64,000 nucleotides of DNA from Lytechinus pictus (lineage: Eukaryota): positions 18,786,001 through 18,850,000 of the forward strand of contig NC_087249.1 in assembly GCF_037042905.1 (NCBI RefSeq), in the 5' to 3' direction. The position numbers and the translations under genes are program-made. Below the pieces are notes generated by a model. The model did not search any database. It saw nothing but the letters and a program-made list of their open reading frames with translations, and had not been told where the DNA came from. Shown here in pieces: positions 34,617 to 48,217 of this stretch (its first letter is position 1; each line of letters begins with the position of its first letter).

Positions 34617-37600
34617 ATGCCCGGCCGCGTAGACGTTAGTGAGTGTATCGCTATGCGGCTACTGAAGTCTTTGATTTGATGGAATGTCGCAGTAAACTAC
34701 ATGTAAAACCAAATCTCGCGCTTTAGTTTAGCCTTACTTGTCACGAGTCTCGTGCTTATCCCCCTATATGTTCCCTTCGTCTCGCGATTCTATTTCTAAT
34801 GCCCCGAGTCTTGGAAATGACTCACACTCGACTGAATACTGTTCCTACTCCTAGGACCTAGCTGGATTGAAATTGAACTTCAGTCTCAGATGTTGTGGTT
34901 CTGATATTTTTATGAATGGATGAATGAATGAAGACTGAAGTAGATAGAGGTCTAGTCAGATGAAACTTAAAGTTAGATGTGTACAGTCCAGTACGGTATG
35001 ATTCCACTATCTTTTTTTTAGCATTATTTGTTGTAAATTATGTTGAGTTAGAATAAATTTCCTGAGACTCTTGAGTTTAACCTAGGCCCCCTGGAGATTC
35101 AACCACGTTTAGTTTGCTCAGTCAGTCAAGATCGAGTGAAGTAAAGAGATAAGTCACTCGGACTCACTCCTATCACAGATAAAAAGCAACTTGGGTGTGG
35201 GTCTTCTTGCGATTCACTGCCACAAAAAGGTATAAAGTGTAAAGCAAATTCATCAGCTTATCCAAGGGCAAGGTAGGTATTAACCCAGGGAGCTCCGGCC
35301 CGCTGTGCAGGCCGGAGCCCAGGGGCTTACCGTGTAATTCCCCATACCCACGGTAGTAGCGTGAAGTATGGTCTAAATAATTTTAAGAATAAATAGTTAA
35401 AACAGAAATTAAGCACTTACCACGATTATATGGATGAAGGTCTAACGAGTGGCAGCTTCCTGACATCGAGGCACAGACTGGAACCTCAAAAAACGAAAAG
35501 TTCTGTCGTGGTAGCTCTCCTTCTTTCAGAATTCAAAACAAAATGGCCGATCGAGACCGAGGCTATATAGCACTAGCGCATATAGACGTTGTCAAATTCG
35601 CGCATGCGCCCTACACCCTCGGTACCGGTCTCGAACGGCCATTTTGCTACGAATTCTGAAAGAAGAGGCGATGGTCGGACAGCGCTCTGCGGCCGCGGAT
35701 TTCTTCTTTTTTCTCGATAAGAAGAAAATGCTATGCTTTGGAGCGGATTTCTTTATTCTTTTTCTCAATAAGACAAAAATTATATGCCTTGGAACGGAAA
35801 TTTGAGTGTAAAAATGGGGGTCCCCTCCACGGCACATACCCACTATGCATTATATAGGGTAAGGCGGGGTAAGTTGTGACACTTTTTGCATTTTGCATGT
35901 TAGAATTGATATGACTACCCGGTAATAATATTGTAGTATTAAGTACCTTGCCTATAAATTTGATTCTTGGGTTGGGAAATATTTTTCACCTATATATAAC
36001 TTTCTACCCACACACTGAAAGTCATAGTGACCTTTGAAAAAACAATGTCAAATGGCTCAACTTGCCCCATCTGTGGGGTAAGTTGTGCCACCTTCTGGGT
36101 TAAGTTGAGCCACAACAAATATGTACAAAATGTATGCGGGAAGAACCGCATGTCCATTTTTTATTTAAAGTTTTTTTTAATTTGCTAATTCTCTATAAAT
36201 ACTAACATCCTCTAAAAGTAAAAGAATTGTCATGTGAATTTTCTCTGTTCTCCCTGCATATCAATGGCTTTTTAAGGTTTGCTTGTTTTTTATTACACAT
36301 TACCACAAGAATTACCATGGCTCAACTTGCCCCATGTTGGCTGGCACAAATTACCCCAGTCCGAACTTAATGCGATATTTTCATATCCATTTCTAATGCA
36401 TCCATCATGTAAAAGACTATGACAAGGATGATAATCCATACCTGGACTAACGATATTGTTCTTATTTCTTTATTACATTGAAAGATGTGTGTGGGTAAAA
36501 AGCACTTATGGGCTTTTCCACGGTTACCCACGTTACATTTGGAGACACCTTGACTCATACTTGGAGCTGTAACTCCATTATTATTGATAGGAACTAAACA
36601 TCTCTTTATCACAACAAATCACACAGTCTGACTATCCTTTGTATAAAAACAAAACTTGGGAAATTTTATTATGCTCCTGTCAAATCTTTGAAATGTGTCG
36701 GTTACTCACGTTACACAAGGCTCCACATTAACTTTTTTTGGTGGTGGCCCGTTTGGGCCACCAAAACCTTCAAATAATTTTTTTTGGTGGCCCGATATTA
36801 AAGTTTGGTGGCCTGAAAAATATAAAGAAAAACATTAAAATGAATAAATGGGTATAAATGGTTTAACCACGGTAAAAAAAAAATGAAAGAAAATAATAAA
36901 ACGGCAAAAGAAAGTGTGAGAAAATTCCTTCCCTATATTTGCCAAAATGTTGGAAAAATTCACATTTCATATTAATGAAATGCCTTCCCAAATATTTACT
37001 TTCTCAAGAGTTGTTTAAGAAGTCATTTATAAACAAGAAAGAAAGTAACTGTCTGTTTATTTTTGGCTAGAAAAGACCGGAAAAGACACAGCTTCGAAAG
37101 AAACCAAGTAACAACATACATATAAATGCACACGTGGGACTGTGATGTACTCACCTATGTGTTTTTATGTGTATTATTTTCATTTGGAAATCGGTCTTTT
37201 TAAGTCAAAAGAGAGGTCATGATTCCTCTTTTTAATGCTTGCAAATAATCAGGATACACCAGATTTTAGCAAAAAGGTCTGTAGAAGGGCATTTCATTGG
37301 TGTAAAATGTGACTTTGACTTGGATTTTCACAGTTCTGTGAAAGATTTCTTACTAGCAGCAACATTTCGTATTGCAGCTCCCTGAGTCTGAATAGGCTGC
37401 TAACGCACAGCTGCTTCAAGCATGCAAAGCTCACGCCAGCCGGCTGGCGCGGCCGGCTGGATAAAAGCTACTTAATGCTATAGCGGTAGGCCAACTTTGT
37501 GTGTGTGTTTGTGTGTTGATCAACAAAAAGGGCGCATGACGAACTGACTTGCAATTTGAACTGTAGAAAGTTGATAAATGCGTGCAAAATGGGGAGAAAA

Positions 37601-40600
37601 ATTGTGCTATTCTGAAAACTATTGGTTGCCCGATTCGGGCCACCAAAACTTAATATTTTTTCAATAATGGTTGCCCGAGGTGAATTTCTGGTGGCCCCGG
37701 GCCACCGGGCCTCCGCTAATGTCGAGCCTTGCGTTACATGATTTGGACATGCATAAAATGAAAAGTCGACATAAGCGAAAAGTGTCCTCATACAAAGCTT
37801 TTATGAAAGTTGATTATATCAATTTCAAAGAAGTATATTAGGGAGACAAACTTTGTATATAATTAAAAAAATTAAGAACACATGGTTTTTACTAGGGGTG
37901 CAGATAAAGTGGTTACTCACGTTACGGTTACTCACGTTACATTTTGTCCATGTATGGTCAACAACATAAATGTCACTAAAAATTCAATAATGTGTGTAAA
38001 ATTCATGTTTCTGTTTCTGTAATAATATGAGTAGGATTTCAGACACCAGTTTATGTTTAAAGTTAACATTCTAAATAAGTTTTCTCCTCTCTTTTACTTA
38101 TTGGTCAGTATGTTGGTAATGTATTCACTAAACTGTACGAGATCTGGCTTGGGCTGTGTAAATAAAAAAATGTAAAACCCTCAACATCAATTGAAGAACC
38201 AGCTATAAGTATAAGTAAGGCAAACACAATTAAAATGTACAGTTCAGATGGGCTATACAGTACAAAGACACATTGAGCTTCCATTTCTTGATACTCTCTG
38301 TGTCATTTTAACCTGCATTTTTACTGTAATATACAGCTGATTAAAATGTGTCTGTGAATTTAAAGTGTCCGCTATTATTAGCAATAGACGGTGGATCTAG
38401 TTTCTTTGACATGAAGAGTGTCAGTAATATTGATCCTTGCAGAATGACTGTCAAAGTAAAAATGAGATCCCGATACATGTACATCAACTATGGTAAATGA
38501 AAAAAAAGCTAGAAACTGATCAACCAATCACACCATCATATCAGGATTAGAAAAGGAGCAGGTTCTTCAAAGTCAATGCAAATTCTGTTTTCAACCAAAA
38601 ATCATAAATGTATGATTATTTTTAGTTTTGCTGGTCTAAATGTATTTATTTTATGCCGTTTATAATCTCAGAAGAGTCACCAACAAATTTCATTGAAAAA
38701 ACAATGAAAAACAAAAGGTCCAAAAAACAAGGAAATACATAATTGCAAAAAAACAATAAAATAAATAAGAAATTGATCTGATATCGCATTTTTTTTTCAA
38801 GTACACTTGCTAGGGACACCAAAAAGAGTTTTTATACCAAAAATTTGAACAATTGGAGCTTTATTTAGGGAGTAAGAGGGAAAAGTATGATTTCGCGTAC
38901 TAATTACGCATAAATTAGCATAACCGCTTAATACCAATTTGCATGAATTAAATTACTGTACAGTTTTGTAGATTATGTCCAAGACAACCTGCATGCCAAT
39001 TCTCGACGCGATCGCGCGGCCAATGGCCGAGATCTGAAGGGGGGGGGGGCCTGGGAGGCCACCCCCCCCCCGGCCATATGAACTCCCAAAATACCCCGGC
39101 CTAGATAGGGTTAAGGGCATTCAATGTATTGTTCGAACACTCTTTAAAGTTTGGTTAATCTTAGAAACTTTGAGTCTTACTAATGCACTCTCGCATTGTG
39201 AATACCTCTACTACAGTAGTATTCCATTTTTTGTGTGATTGTATGACCACTGATATTTTGATGAAAAAAGAGTCACATCAAAGAGGTGTACCCTCATTTT
39301 GCTTTTAATTAATCAAAAATAACTTCACAACTCACCATGAGACTTAAACCTTGACATCCCACAGAAAATGTTACCTAACTTCATAATTTTTACTGGTTAC
39401 TCACGTTACATGATGGTTACTCACGCTACACAGTTACGTTACAGTTTTTCTTCATCATTTTTAAAAAAATTTGTATTTTTTAATGATTTTGATAGTCATC
39501 ACCGTGTCAAAGATTGTTTGAAGGAAGAGAATTTAAAATCCCACCAATTGTGAAGAATTTTTCTCTCAGAAAACAAAGTCATTTTTTTGGTTATTCACGT
39601 TACATCACCTGAGCAGGTTGCAATATTTATTTTTGAATGAGTACTACAAACTAACTTGAAAAGCTGTTGTGTACTTTAAGTAATTTGACTCTTCTAAGCT
39701 TCAGAAATATATAAAGTGGTATGATGTTTCAATAACAAAATGGTAATAAGGCATATTTCATTTTTCACTATTTTCTTGTATTTTGGTACAGAATGAAAGA
39801 CACAACTTTTGACCATTTTTTTCCAAAGTATACATATGAAAATAAACTTTTTATTTTTTGTTTCTGAAACTATCATGTATGAAGGACTTAAAGTGTTTAA
39901 AATTCAAGAAAATATTGAATTTGAATTTTTAAGCTCATGTCCACCAACCTATGGAATTGCCCTTATCCTTTTTACTTTTTTGGCTGAAATTTGTATTTTC
40001 CCTCTAAAAAAGTACTTTTTGTTTCAAAGTTGAAAACAATGTGGTGGGGTTAAGGGTTATGTAATGGGTCATCAATGCATGACAGTGATGACACCACCAC
40101 AATGTCTGACTCATTCATTATTGGCCTGGGGGTGGTGGCTCAACTTGCCCCGCCTTCCCCTACTGAGTGCCCCCCCCCCCCCAGGACTTAAACATATGGC
40201 CATTGAGTCCCTGTACAGATCGAGTGAGAACTTCAGTCTCTGTAATTGGTGAGTGGAGCCAACAGAGTTCAGCGGAACAGCCAACATAACAGAGACCGAA
40301 GCTTTTGGTCTAATCCAAGGCTAGAACTGTATCCCAAAAATTTTACTGATAATTTTTTATTTTTTTTATTCAACAGCTAAATTCCAGTGATATTGAGCTT
40401 GTTTTTCATTGAATCACAAAATCTTACTCTCTGAATAACATCAATCTCAACCCAACTATAAATTTTACTATGTATCGTTCCTAAGGATATTGATGATGGA
40501 ACCATATTGAAATCATCAAATAGCCTATGTCATTACATCTACTATGAATAAAGAATAATAGCTTCTTTGATATGAGCTAAATTTACAATTCACATGAGAG

Positions 40601-43600
40601 ATAGCTATGGAGGGATAATTTTCTTTTCACACAATTATCATGGTCTGAGCAATTGTACCCTGCCCGGGCTCACTTTGAGAGTACAAGTATTAAACAGTCT
40701 CTTGATTTCAAATTCATGTGTATAAAATTACTTTTTTTCATTTATGTGATATTCTAGGGCCTAGATACTTTCTCCCAGCAAATTTGGGTTAGTGAGCTAC
40801 AAGGTAAGAGTTCCATATGCACCCCCCACTAAAATAGAAAATAAAAATATGGAGAAGGTTCAGAATAATATATCTAGCCCTAATATAGAACTTATATGAT
40901 GGGAGAGTGGAAATACAGTATACCAAAATATGGCTTAATTCCATCAAATTTCGAGCAAGATCTAGTGCGTGTAATTGTCCATAAACATCGGTTTAGTTAG
41001 TCAGTAAAGGGTCTGTGAGTATGGACGAGTCGAACTATTGGCTGATAATCGTTAATTTACTCCTTCCGGTATCAGCGCTTCTCGCTAGCATAGCGGGAAG
41101 AAGTCTTGACTGCAGATAAAACGAGGTGAGTTCGATTCCCAACTAAGGTAAGCAAGAGTGAAAAAATCATAGAGAAATCTGAAGTGAACAAACCGGAAGT
41201 CTCAACAATCTTTTGTTATTTTTGGTGGGGGGTGCAAATGGAACTCTTTCCAGCTACAACACCTAGCCATAAAAAAAAAATTATAGACCAGACGTCCCGT
41301 ATTTTGCTCCTTTGTCCTTGCATCCCGACAAACCCTTCCCGGGACGCCTATTTGTCCCATATTTCAGAATATTGAACAAAATGTAATTGATACATAGAAA
41401 AGTGAAGAATTTTCATCAAATAACCAACGGATGAAGCAGAGACAGCAATAAAATTGATTACTCTAAACTTTTGCAAGTTCTGCGGTGATTTTCTTGCTAC
41501 CCAATATTTACTAGGGCAGTTATCTTTGAGAAAATTCTCTGTCGATATCTCGCTAAAAATATCTTACCGATATCGATAACTATTGTCAAAAGAACGATCA
41601 ATACACATTTTTGTCTCACCTGCATAGCAGAGTGAGACTATAGGCGCCGCTTTTCCGACGGCGACGGCGGCGGCGGCGACGGCGGCGTCAACACCAAATC
41701 TTAACCTGAGGTTAAGTTTTTGAAATGACAGCATAACTTAGAAAGTATATGGACCTAGTTCATGAAACTTGGCCATAAGGTTAATCAAGTATTACTGAAC
41801 ATCCTGCCTGAGTTTCATGTCACATGACCAAGGTCAAAGGTCATTTAGGGTCAATGAACTTAGACCATGTTGGGGGAATCAACATCAAAATCTTAACCTA
41901 AGGTTAAGTTTTTGAAATTTCATCATAACTTAGAAAATATATGGACCTAGTTCATGAAACTTATACATAAGGTTAATCAAGTATCACTGAACATCCTGCT
42001 TGAGTTTCACATCACATGACCAAGGTCAAAGGTCATTTAGGGTCAATGAACTTTGGCCGAATTGGGGGTATCTGTTGAATTACCATCATAACTTTGAAAG
42101 TTTATGGATCTGATTCATGAAACTTGGACATAATAGTAATCAAGTATTACTGAACATCCTGTGCAAGTTTCAGGTCACATGATCAAGGTCAAAGGTCATT
42201 TAGGGTCAATGAACTTTGGCCAAATTGGGGTATTTGTTGAATTACAGCCATAAATTTGAAAGTGTGTTGGTCTAGTTCATAAAACTTGGACATAATAGTA
42301 ATCAAGTATTACTGAACATCCTGTGCGAGTTTCAGGTCACATGATCAAGGTCAAAGGTCATGTAAGGTCAAAGAACTTTGGCCACGTTGGGGGTATTTGT
42401 TGAATTGACATCATATCTCTATAAGTGTATTGGTCTAGTTCATAAAACGTGGAAATAAGAGTAACCAAGTATCACTGAACATCTTGTGCGAGTTATAGTA
42501 GTTTTCAAAATCAGCACTGCTGCTATATTGAATCGCGTGATGCAGGTGAGACGGCCAGAGGCATTCCACTTGTTTATGCATTACAGCGATGTCACATACT
42601 CGCATTGGTCAAAATTTTTATCTGCCACTGTACCAAGAACGCTTTAAAATCCGCGTTCATCGGATGTAAATGATTACATAACACCTTTTAACAAACGTAT
42701 TTAGCATAAATACATCCTCTCCTTTCACGTCATTAGCATTATTTTAGGGTTTATCGATAATTTGGGGGCTTTTTAGACATTGTTCTGAGCAGTCAATGTC
42801 TTTCGCCTATTTTCCATTTTGATATCGTGCTGTATCATCTTCGAACGTAAAGGGCAGCAACACACGGCTGTGTGCTACCTTCTACGTTAGTTTGGTACTT
42901 TGCTAAAATTGAGCTTGCGCTTGTGATGTTTTCGATTTGATCGAATGGAGTCGAGTGCAGTTACGATGTTTGGATTGTCATGATTATAGCGAAATGGGGA
43001 TGAAATTGTGTTTTGTGGCTAGTAAGTATTCGTATTTTGTTGCGATTTTAGAGTAATTTCTGTTGCTGTTCTGTGAAGTTTGAGGAAAAATATGTTTTCC
43101 GTGATTTTCTGTTTGAAAAGCCACTTTCAAAAGGCTGTTTCCCTGAATTCCTTTGAAATCGGGGAAAATCACTGTGTCCCTACATAATAGTGCATATTAT
43201 CGACAACGAGAGAAAGGGTATCGATATCGCAAAGTGGCAAAAAACAAGCGATTATCGTCAAGACTAGTGATAAAGATGATATCAATAACAGCCCTAATAC
43301 TACTATTGTGTAGCCTTCTTTGTTTTTTTATTAAGACCTGGTTCGGCCAATCTGGCTTGGTTGATCTGCTCGGGGATCGTGCTTTGTCCCGTATTTCATT
43401 TTGTGAAATTCGGTCACCCTGATTATAGACCCTCTAATTATTTCCAATTGTACATGTTTATACGTTTATACTGCATCTACCGGAAAAACACAGTTGTTCC
43501 TGTAGTCAAGTTTCCAGGTCTATCTTGTTGTCTTCCTAGCTTGGATAAATTCGAAACTGACATTGTGCTATGTGCTGTACCAATTAAAGGAAAAGGCACT

Positions 43601-46600
43601 ATTCCCATGCATGAACATAATACCACGCAGACTAGAACTTGTCTAGCTTTGTCTTGAAGCCATTGATCAGCGGGCAAAGAGTTCCAGTCATTTTTCTCTC
43701 TATAAACACTGAAGGTGTTTTGTCTTACACTCTTTCTCCTCCTTTTCAGAAATAGCTTATGGATGGCCACGCGTTGCTTGAGTGGTGGCTGATGAAGAAT
43801 AGGTCTCTATTCAAATCATCAATGCCATAAGTTATTTTATTTGTATACATGTATAACATGGATCCTTACAAAATGGTTGGATGAACCATCTTATCATTAA
43901 CGGTCATTTTTTAGATAACAGGCACTGATGACTAGTTCTATCAACCAGTCATGGTTTTGAGATGAGGATGGTACACAATGATCCATGTCACTATTTTATT
44001 CAACATTTAATGATACACATCATTCTGCTTTGGCATTGGAATAGTTACACTTTTTACAACAGTCCAAATGTCCTCAGTTTTGCTTCAGGCGAGTTAGAAC
44101 TGTTCTAAAAGTACCTTGTGTGCATAATTCTGACTTATACCCTTTACCCTTAATATACACTGTAGTAGGCCTATTATGCATTGTTGTCTTTTTTTATGAT
44201 CCTTCTCCTTCTGTACCAGCTGCATCAACAGACAGTGAACGTGAGAACACTGATAGCAGTAAGGGGTCGTCCACAAGCCAGCCACCAAGCCCCACCAAGA
44301 AACGCAAGAAACCTCCCGGCCTAAAGGTAATCTCTATTGATCCCTGAAGAAAGTTACATGTAGCTATTCTGTCCATGTGTACGTCCATTAATTTTCAACT
44401 TACGGGGAGGTTAGCAGGGAATAATTTTCCTGGTAAGGCATCGCAATTATGCTCCATATTTTTGAAAGACTGCTACAAAAAAAACTCTCTCTTTTTTTTA
44501 CATAAGACTGTTCAGAACTTAAATGAGAGCTCTTCTTTTATGACCAAAGTGCTAATCAAATTTTGGTATGCAAAATAATTCCCTGGTTAGGCCTCTTTAC
44601 ATAAGTCTGCACCGCTTTTGGCAGGAATCCCACTCACTATAATTAATATTGGCTTCGCTACATTTCTGATGTATTTCTAAGAGGGGAATCCAACCCAAAT
44701 AAAAACTTCTAGAGGAAAAAGAAAAATCAGACAAGTTGATATATGAAAGTTTGAAGTAACAATATCGGATAAACAATAAGAAGTAATATGAATTTTTATA
44801 AGTTGTAAATATTGGTAATCACTACACACATGGAGACTTCAAATTGGCTTTGTCATGTCATAGTGATGTAAGGCAAGGACTACTTTTCCATGTACTCCAA
44901 TACTAGTACATAAAATGGCTAAAATGTCATTTTATTTTACTTCAAATTGTATATTTCTTTCATGAGGACATAAAACAATAGACTGCCTGGGTTATATTTT
45001 ATAGATTACTGCCCCAGGGTAACAGGTACTTTAGGAGAAAACCACAAATCCCTGATAATTGAGTACATGGCCTATAGGAAAGTTGTCTTTTGCCATTTGT
45101 CATAGTACTTTTAATGTATCCAGTTGCTGATTTGAAATCTACATAGTCTTTATAGGGATCTCAATTTTAAAACGGCCATAATTTTCTTATTGCTTGTCTG
45201 ACTTCTGTCAAAGTTTTATCATTCTGTCTTATTTATTTCTCCATTCCAAAACAACATTTTATGATCAAGGCTAGATTCCCCTAATAGGTACATGTCGAAC
45301 TATTGGTAAGAAAGGTACTGAGCACAAACTCCCTGCTAAAACATACAGAGCTCCGACTTTTGTTATAAAAGTACTGACTAGCAATGAAATAAGGAATGGG
45401 TAAAAGAGAGACGACTTTTCCATTCTATAAGCACATTTTTCTGGATACCCTTCATACGGTAGGAAATCTGGAATATGATCAAGGAAAATCTTGGAACCTG
45501 CTGGAGCGACAGTAATCCTGTCAGCAGGGTTTCAATTCTCGCTACCCCAAATAGCGATTTCGCCGAGATCCGGGAAAATCCCTGTAACGTGCATTGCATT
45601 ATGGGATAGCTTTTTCGGTATTACAACTTCCTGTTCGGAAGTCCAACGCACTGCATTTGCCATTTAGATCAACAGTGCCGTCATGCACAACAACACAACG
45701 TAGCTTTCGCTCGGAAAGTTCGTGATCACAACCCTCTCTTACACTAACAGTTTTACAGCCTTTTCTGCTAAAGTCACTAATTCTGCCTGACGCTTTCCAT
45801 TGCATGGTATTCATCTGTCAGTTAAGATTTTTTTAAGTTCCGAAACTGATTTTTATCCATTTTGTGGTCGACGAAAAATTGAACGAAATGAATGCTGAAT
45901 ATATTTAGTGTCTAGTTGAATACGATCGTGATGTCAGGCCGGTCGCTAAATGCAAAATTTTAAGATATTCATTATTTGTTTGATTTTTTTATAACCAAAT
46001 AAAAGCATGAATAAAAATTATTCTCACGTGAAATATATATTTTTTTTTTATTTATAATTCAAATGGAATCAAAACTGACCAAATGTAATAAAAAGTATTA
46101 TACTCTGTACATATATTACGCTGATTGGCATCGATTTCAGCGTGGTGGAAAACTCAGTATCGCGAACCTCGCGCGAGCATGACTCTAAACCGGAAGTGGT
46201 GATGACGACCCGACGGGGTGAAAATTATCTCGTCTCGCGCATTATGAGATTTTTGTTCCTATTTGGGGTAGCGAGAATTAATCCAAAGCCATAGAAGACC
46301 ATGGTCTCGGATGCTCTGTTTTGGCATTGGTGCCCCTCTCATTGGCTATGGAGATTTGTTGTGCCCTTTTTTATATTTCTTATTTGTGCTGTAACATTAA
46401 AATGTGCAATCTAGGAAAGTGGCATTGCCCTTCAAGGCCTGTGTCAGGAGCTTGCCAGGCATGCCGGTCCATGACACAGTCATCATGAACTGGAAACAAT
46501 TACTTCAGCTTCCCTTCTCCTCTTTACTAGGTGAAAGTTAGAAATAATAATGCAACTTCCTCGGGAAACATTTAAAATTCTATTAATAGAGCCATTCATT

Positions 46601-48217
46601 GTTCACTAGGTTTATAGTGTCACTGTACATGTAGATTGACTGCTCACAACATCACTTTTTGTTCTTTTTTTTATGAGTATACAGATAATACTAATAATAG
46701 GGCTTAAGTAAGAATTATCCACCTCAGTTACTATTGGAAGTGTGGAACCCACACCCACAGGCTAGTTTATAAAGCTGATCGTACTTTACACATGAGTTTA
46801 CACAAGACTGGTGACCCTTTCTTGTGCTAAATGATGTATCCCTATGCTGCAAACTTGTCCATAATCTTTAGTCATGCATAAAGTCATGCATAGAGTCTGC
46901 ATATCTTTATGAGTAAATTACAATTCACCAGAATGAGGCAATGGCTGTTTTGAAAGTACTGAGTGTGTTTAAAGGGATGCTCTGGGCTGAAAATGATTTG
47001 ATTTAAACAGATAAAGAAAAATCAGACAAACAAAACACTGAAAATTTGATCAAAATTGGACGAGGAATAACAAAGTTATGGCATTTTAAAGATTTGCATT
47101 ACCGGTATTCCGGTGAAACTGTTCTAGGCATGTCTTCATGAATATTCAATGAGCAAATTGATGATGTCATATCCCCACTTGTTCTTTTGGATTTTATTAT
47201 ATATATGAAATTAGGTTTATGCAAATTTTTTCTACCAAGAACTGAAAGCTGATAGTGCATTAGATATTCATTTGCTGCAACCTTTATCATTATAAAGGAG
47301 ACACATTATTCACACATGTATGAAAAAAAGAAACAATTATGATTTCATGTAATAACATAAGAAAAATTAAAGTGGGGATGTGACATCATCAGCCAATTCA
47401 GCCCACCTAATGAATATTCATGATGACTTGCATATAATTATTTTCACAAAATATTACTAAACTTTAAATCAAATAACTTAGTTATTTGTTATCCGATTTT
47501 GATGAAATTTTCAGCGTTTTGCTTTGTAAATTTTACTCTGATTTATTTAGATATAATAAATATTTTCAGCCCGGAGTACACCTTTAATTACACTAATGCC
47601 CAAACAACTTTGATTTGGGATATTGTTGTTAATTGTAAGTATTTATTGGATGTTTTTTTGACCTACAGGGGCCCGGGAGTGGTTCTGGAGGTGGCAACCT
47701 GGCTCCCCCACCTACCCCTAGTGGTGACAACATCGTAGCCTCCAACCCATTTGAGGACGACCCGAGCGGCGCCACTGCAACCGCTCGGGGTCTCAACCTA
47801 CTAACGCGCCGCCTCGGCCGCACAGCGGCCATGAACAATCAGTTTGGACCTTACGGCAACTCATTTCATCACCAACATGGTATGCCACCAGGTGGTGGCG
47901 GCGGTGGTGGTGGTGGGCCTTACCCTAACAACATGGCCAACAGTCACAACTCCAATGGCCCCATGCCTCCCATGATGTACAATAACCCTCAGACTCTTTT
48001 CCCTTGTGGGATCTGCCATCAGCAGGTCCAGGATTCGGAAGACGCGGTGATCTGCGTCAGTAGCTGCCATACGTGGTTCCATCGCATCTGCACGGGTATG
48101 ACGACAACGGCCTACACGCTCCTCAACTCCGAGCATGCGGCAGAATGGGTTTGCGATCGGTGCGTACGGGAGAAGAAGATTCCCTTGGTCCGGCTGAAGA
48201 CACAGCCAATCACGTAG
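34617..48217 (+). CDS. PYGO: Pygopus (Wnt/beta-catenin nuclear co-factor), about 225 aa, 3 coding exons
   Basis: Exon 47669-48217 carries the NHD motif DNIVASNPFEDD and the PHD finger CGICHQQVQDSEDAVICVSSCHTWFHRICTGMT...EWVCDRC. Exon 44220-44326 carries the NLS SPTKKRKK. The putative first exon 34617-34638 (GCCATG, MPGRVDV, phase-1 donor GTGAGT) matches the phase of exon 2; it is less certain (about 0.7). Confidence 0.93.
35857..40160. mobile_element. Tc1/pogo-like non-autonomous DNA transposon (TA duplication) containing nested insertions
   Basis: TA|GGGTAAGGCGGGGTAAGTTG ... CAACTTGCCCCGCCTTCCCC|TA. It splits what reads as the end of another MITE (GCACATACCCACTATGCATTATATA / CTGAGTGCCCCCCC). 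Confidence 0.75.
36716..37731. mobile_element. P-superfamily-like MITE with a 7-bp TSD
   Basis: TIR CAAGGCTCCACATT / AATGTCGAGCCTTG flanked on both sides by CGTTACA. Confidence 0.7.
41608..42575 (+). mobile_element. Helentron-associated non-autonomous element (HINE/DINE-like) with four internal 162-192 bp repeats
   Basis: T-run start, subterminal inverted repeat TGTCTCACCTGCA...TGCAGGTGAGAC, (GGC)n microsatellite, four tandem units and a short 3' end GGCCAGAGGCATTCCACTTGTT. Confidence 0.8.
44682..45282. mobile_element. Kolobok-like MITE (GGGGAATCCAACCC family)
   Basis: AGGGGAATCCAACCC...CTAGATTCCCCT ends; a partial sister copy begins near 31088. Confidence 0.6.
45534..46279. mobile_element. 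MITE with a perfect 21-bp TIR
   Basis: AATTCTCGCTACCCCAAATAG ... CTATTTGGGGTAGCGAGAATT. Confidence 0.75.
46973..47583. mobile_element. Kolobok-like MITE
   Basis: TTAA|AGGGATGCTCTGGGCTGAAAAT...ATTTTCAGCCCGGAGTACACCT|TTAA. Confidence 0.75.

Noticed and set aside
41075-41145. tRNA-like sequence with GAGTTCGATTCCC
   Set aside because: The stems are degenerate; at most an old SINE relic.
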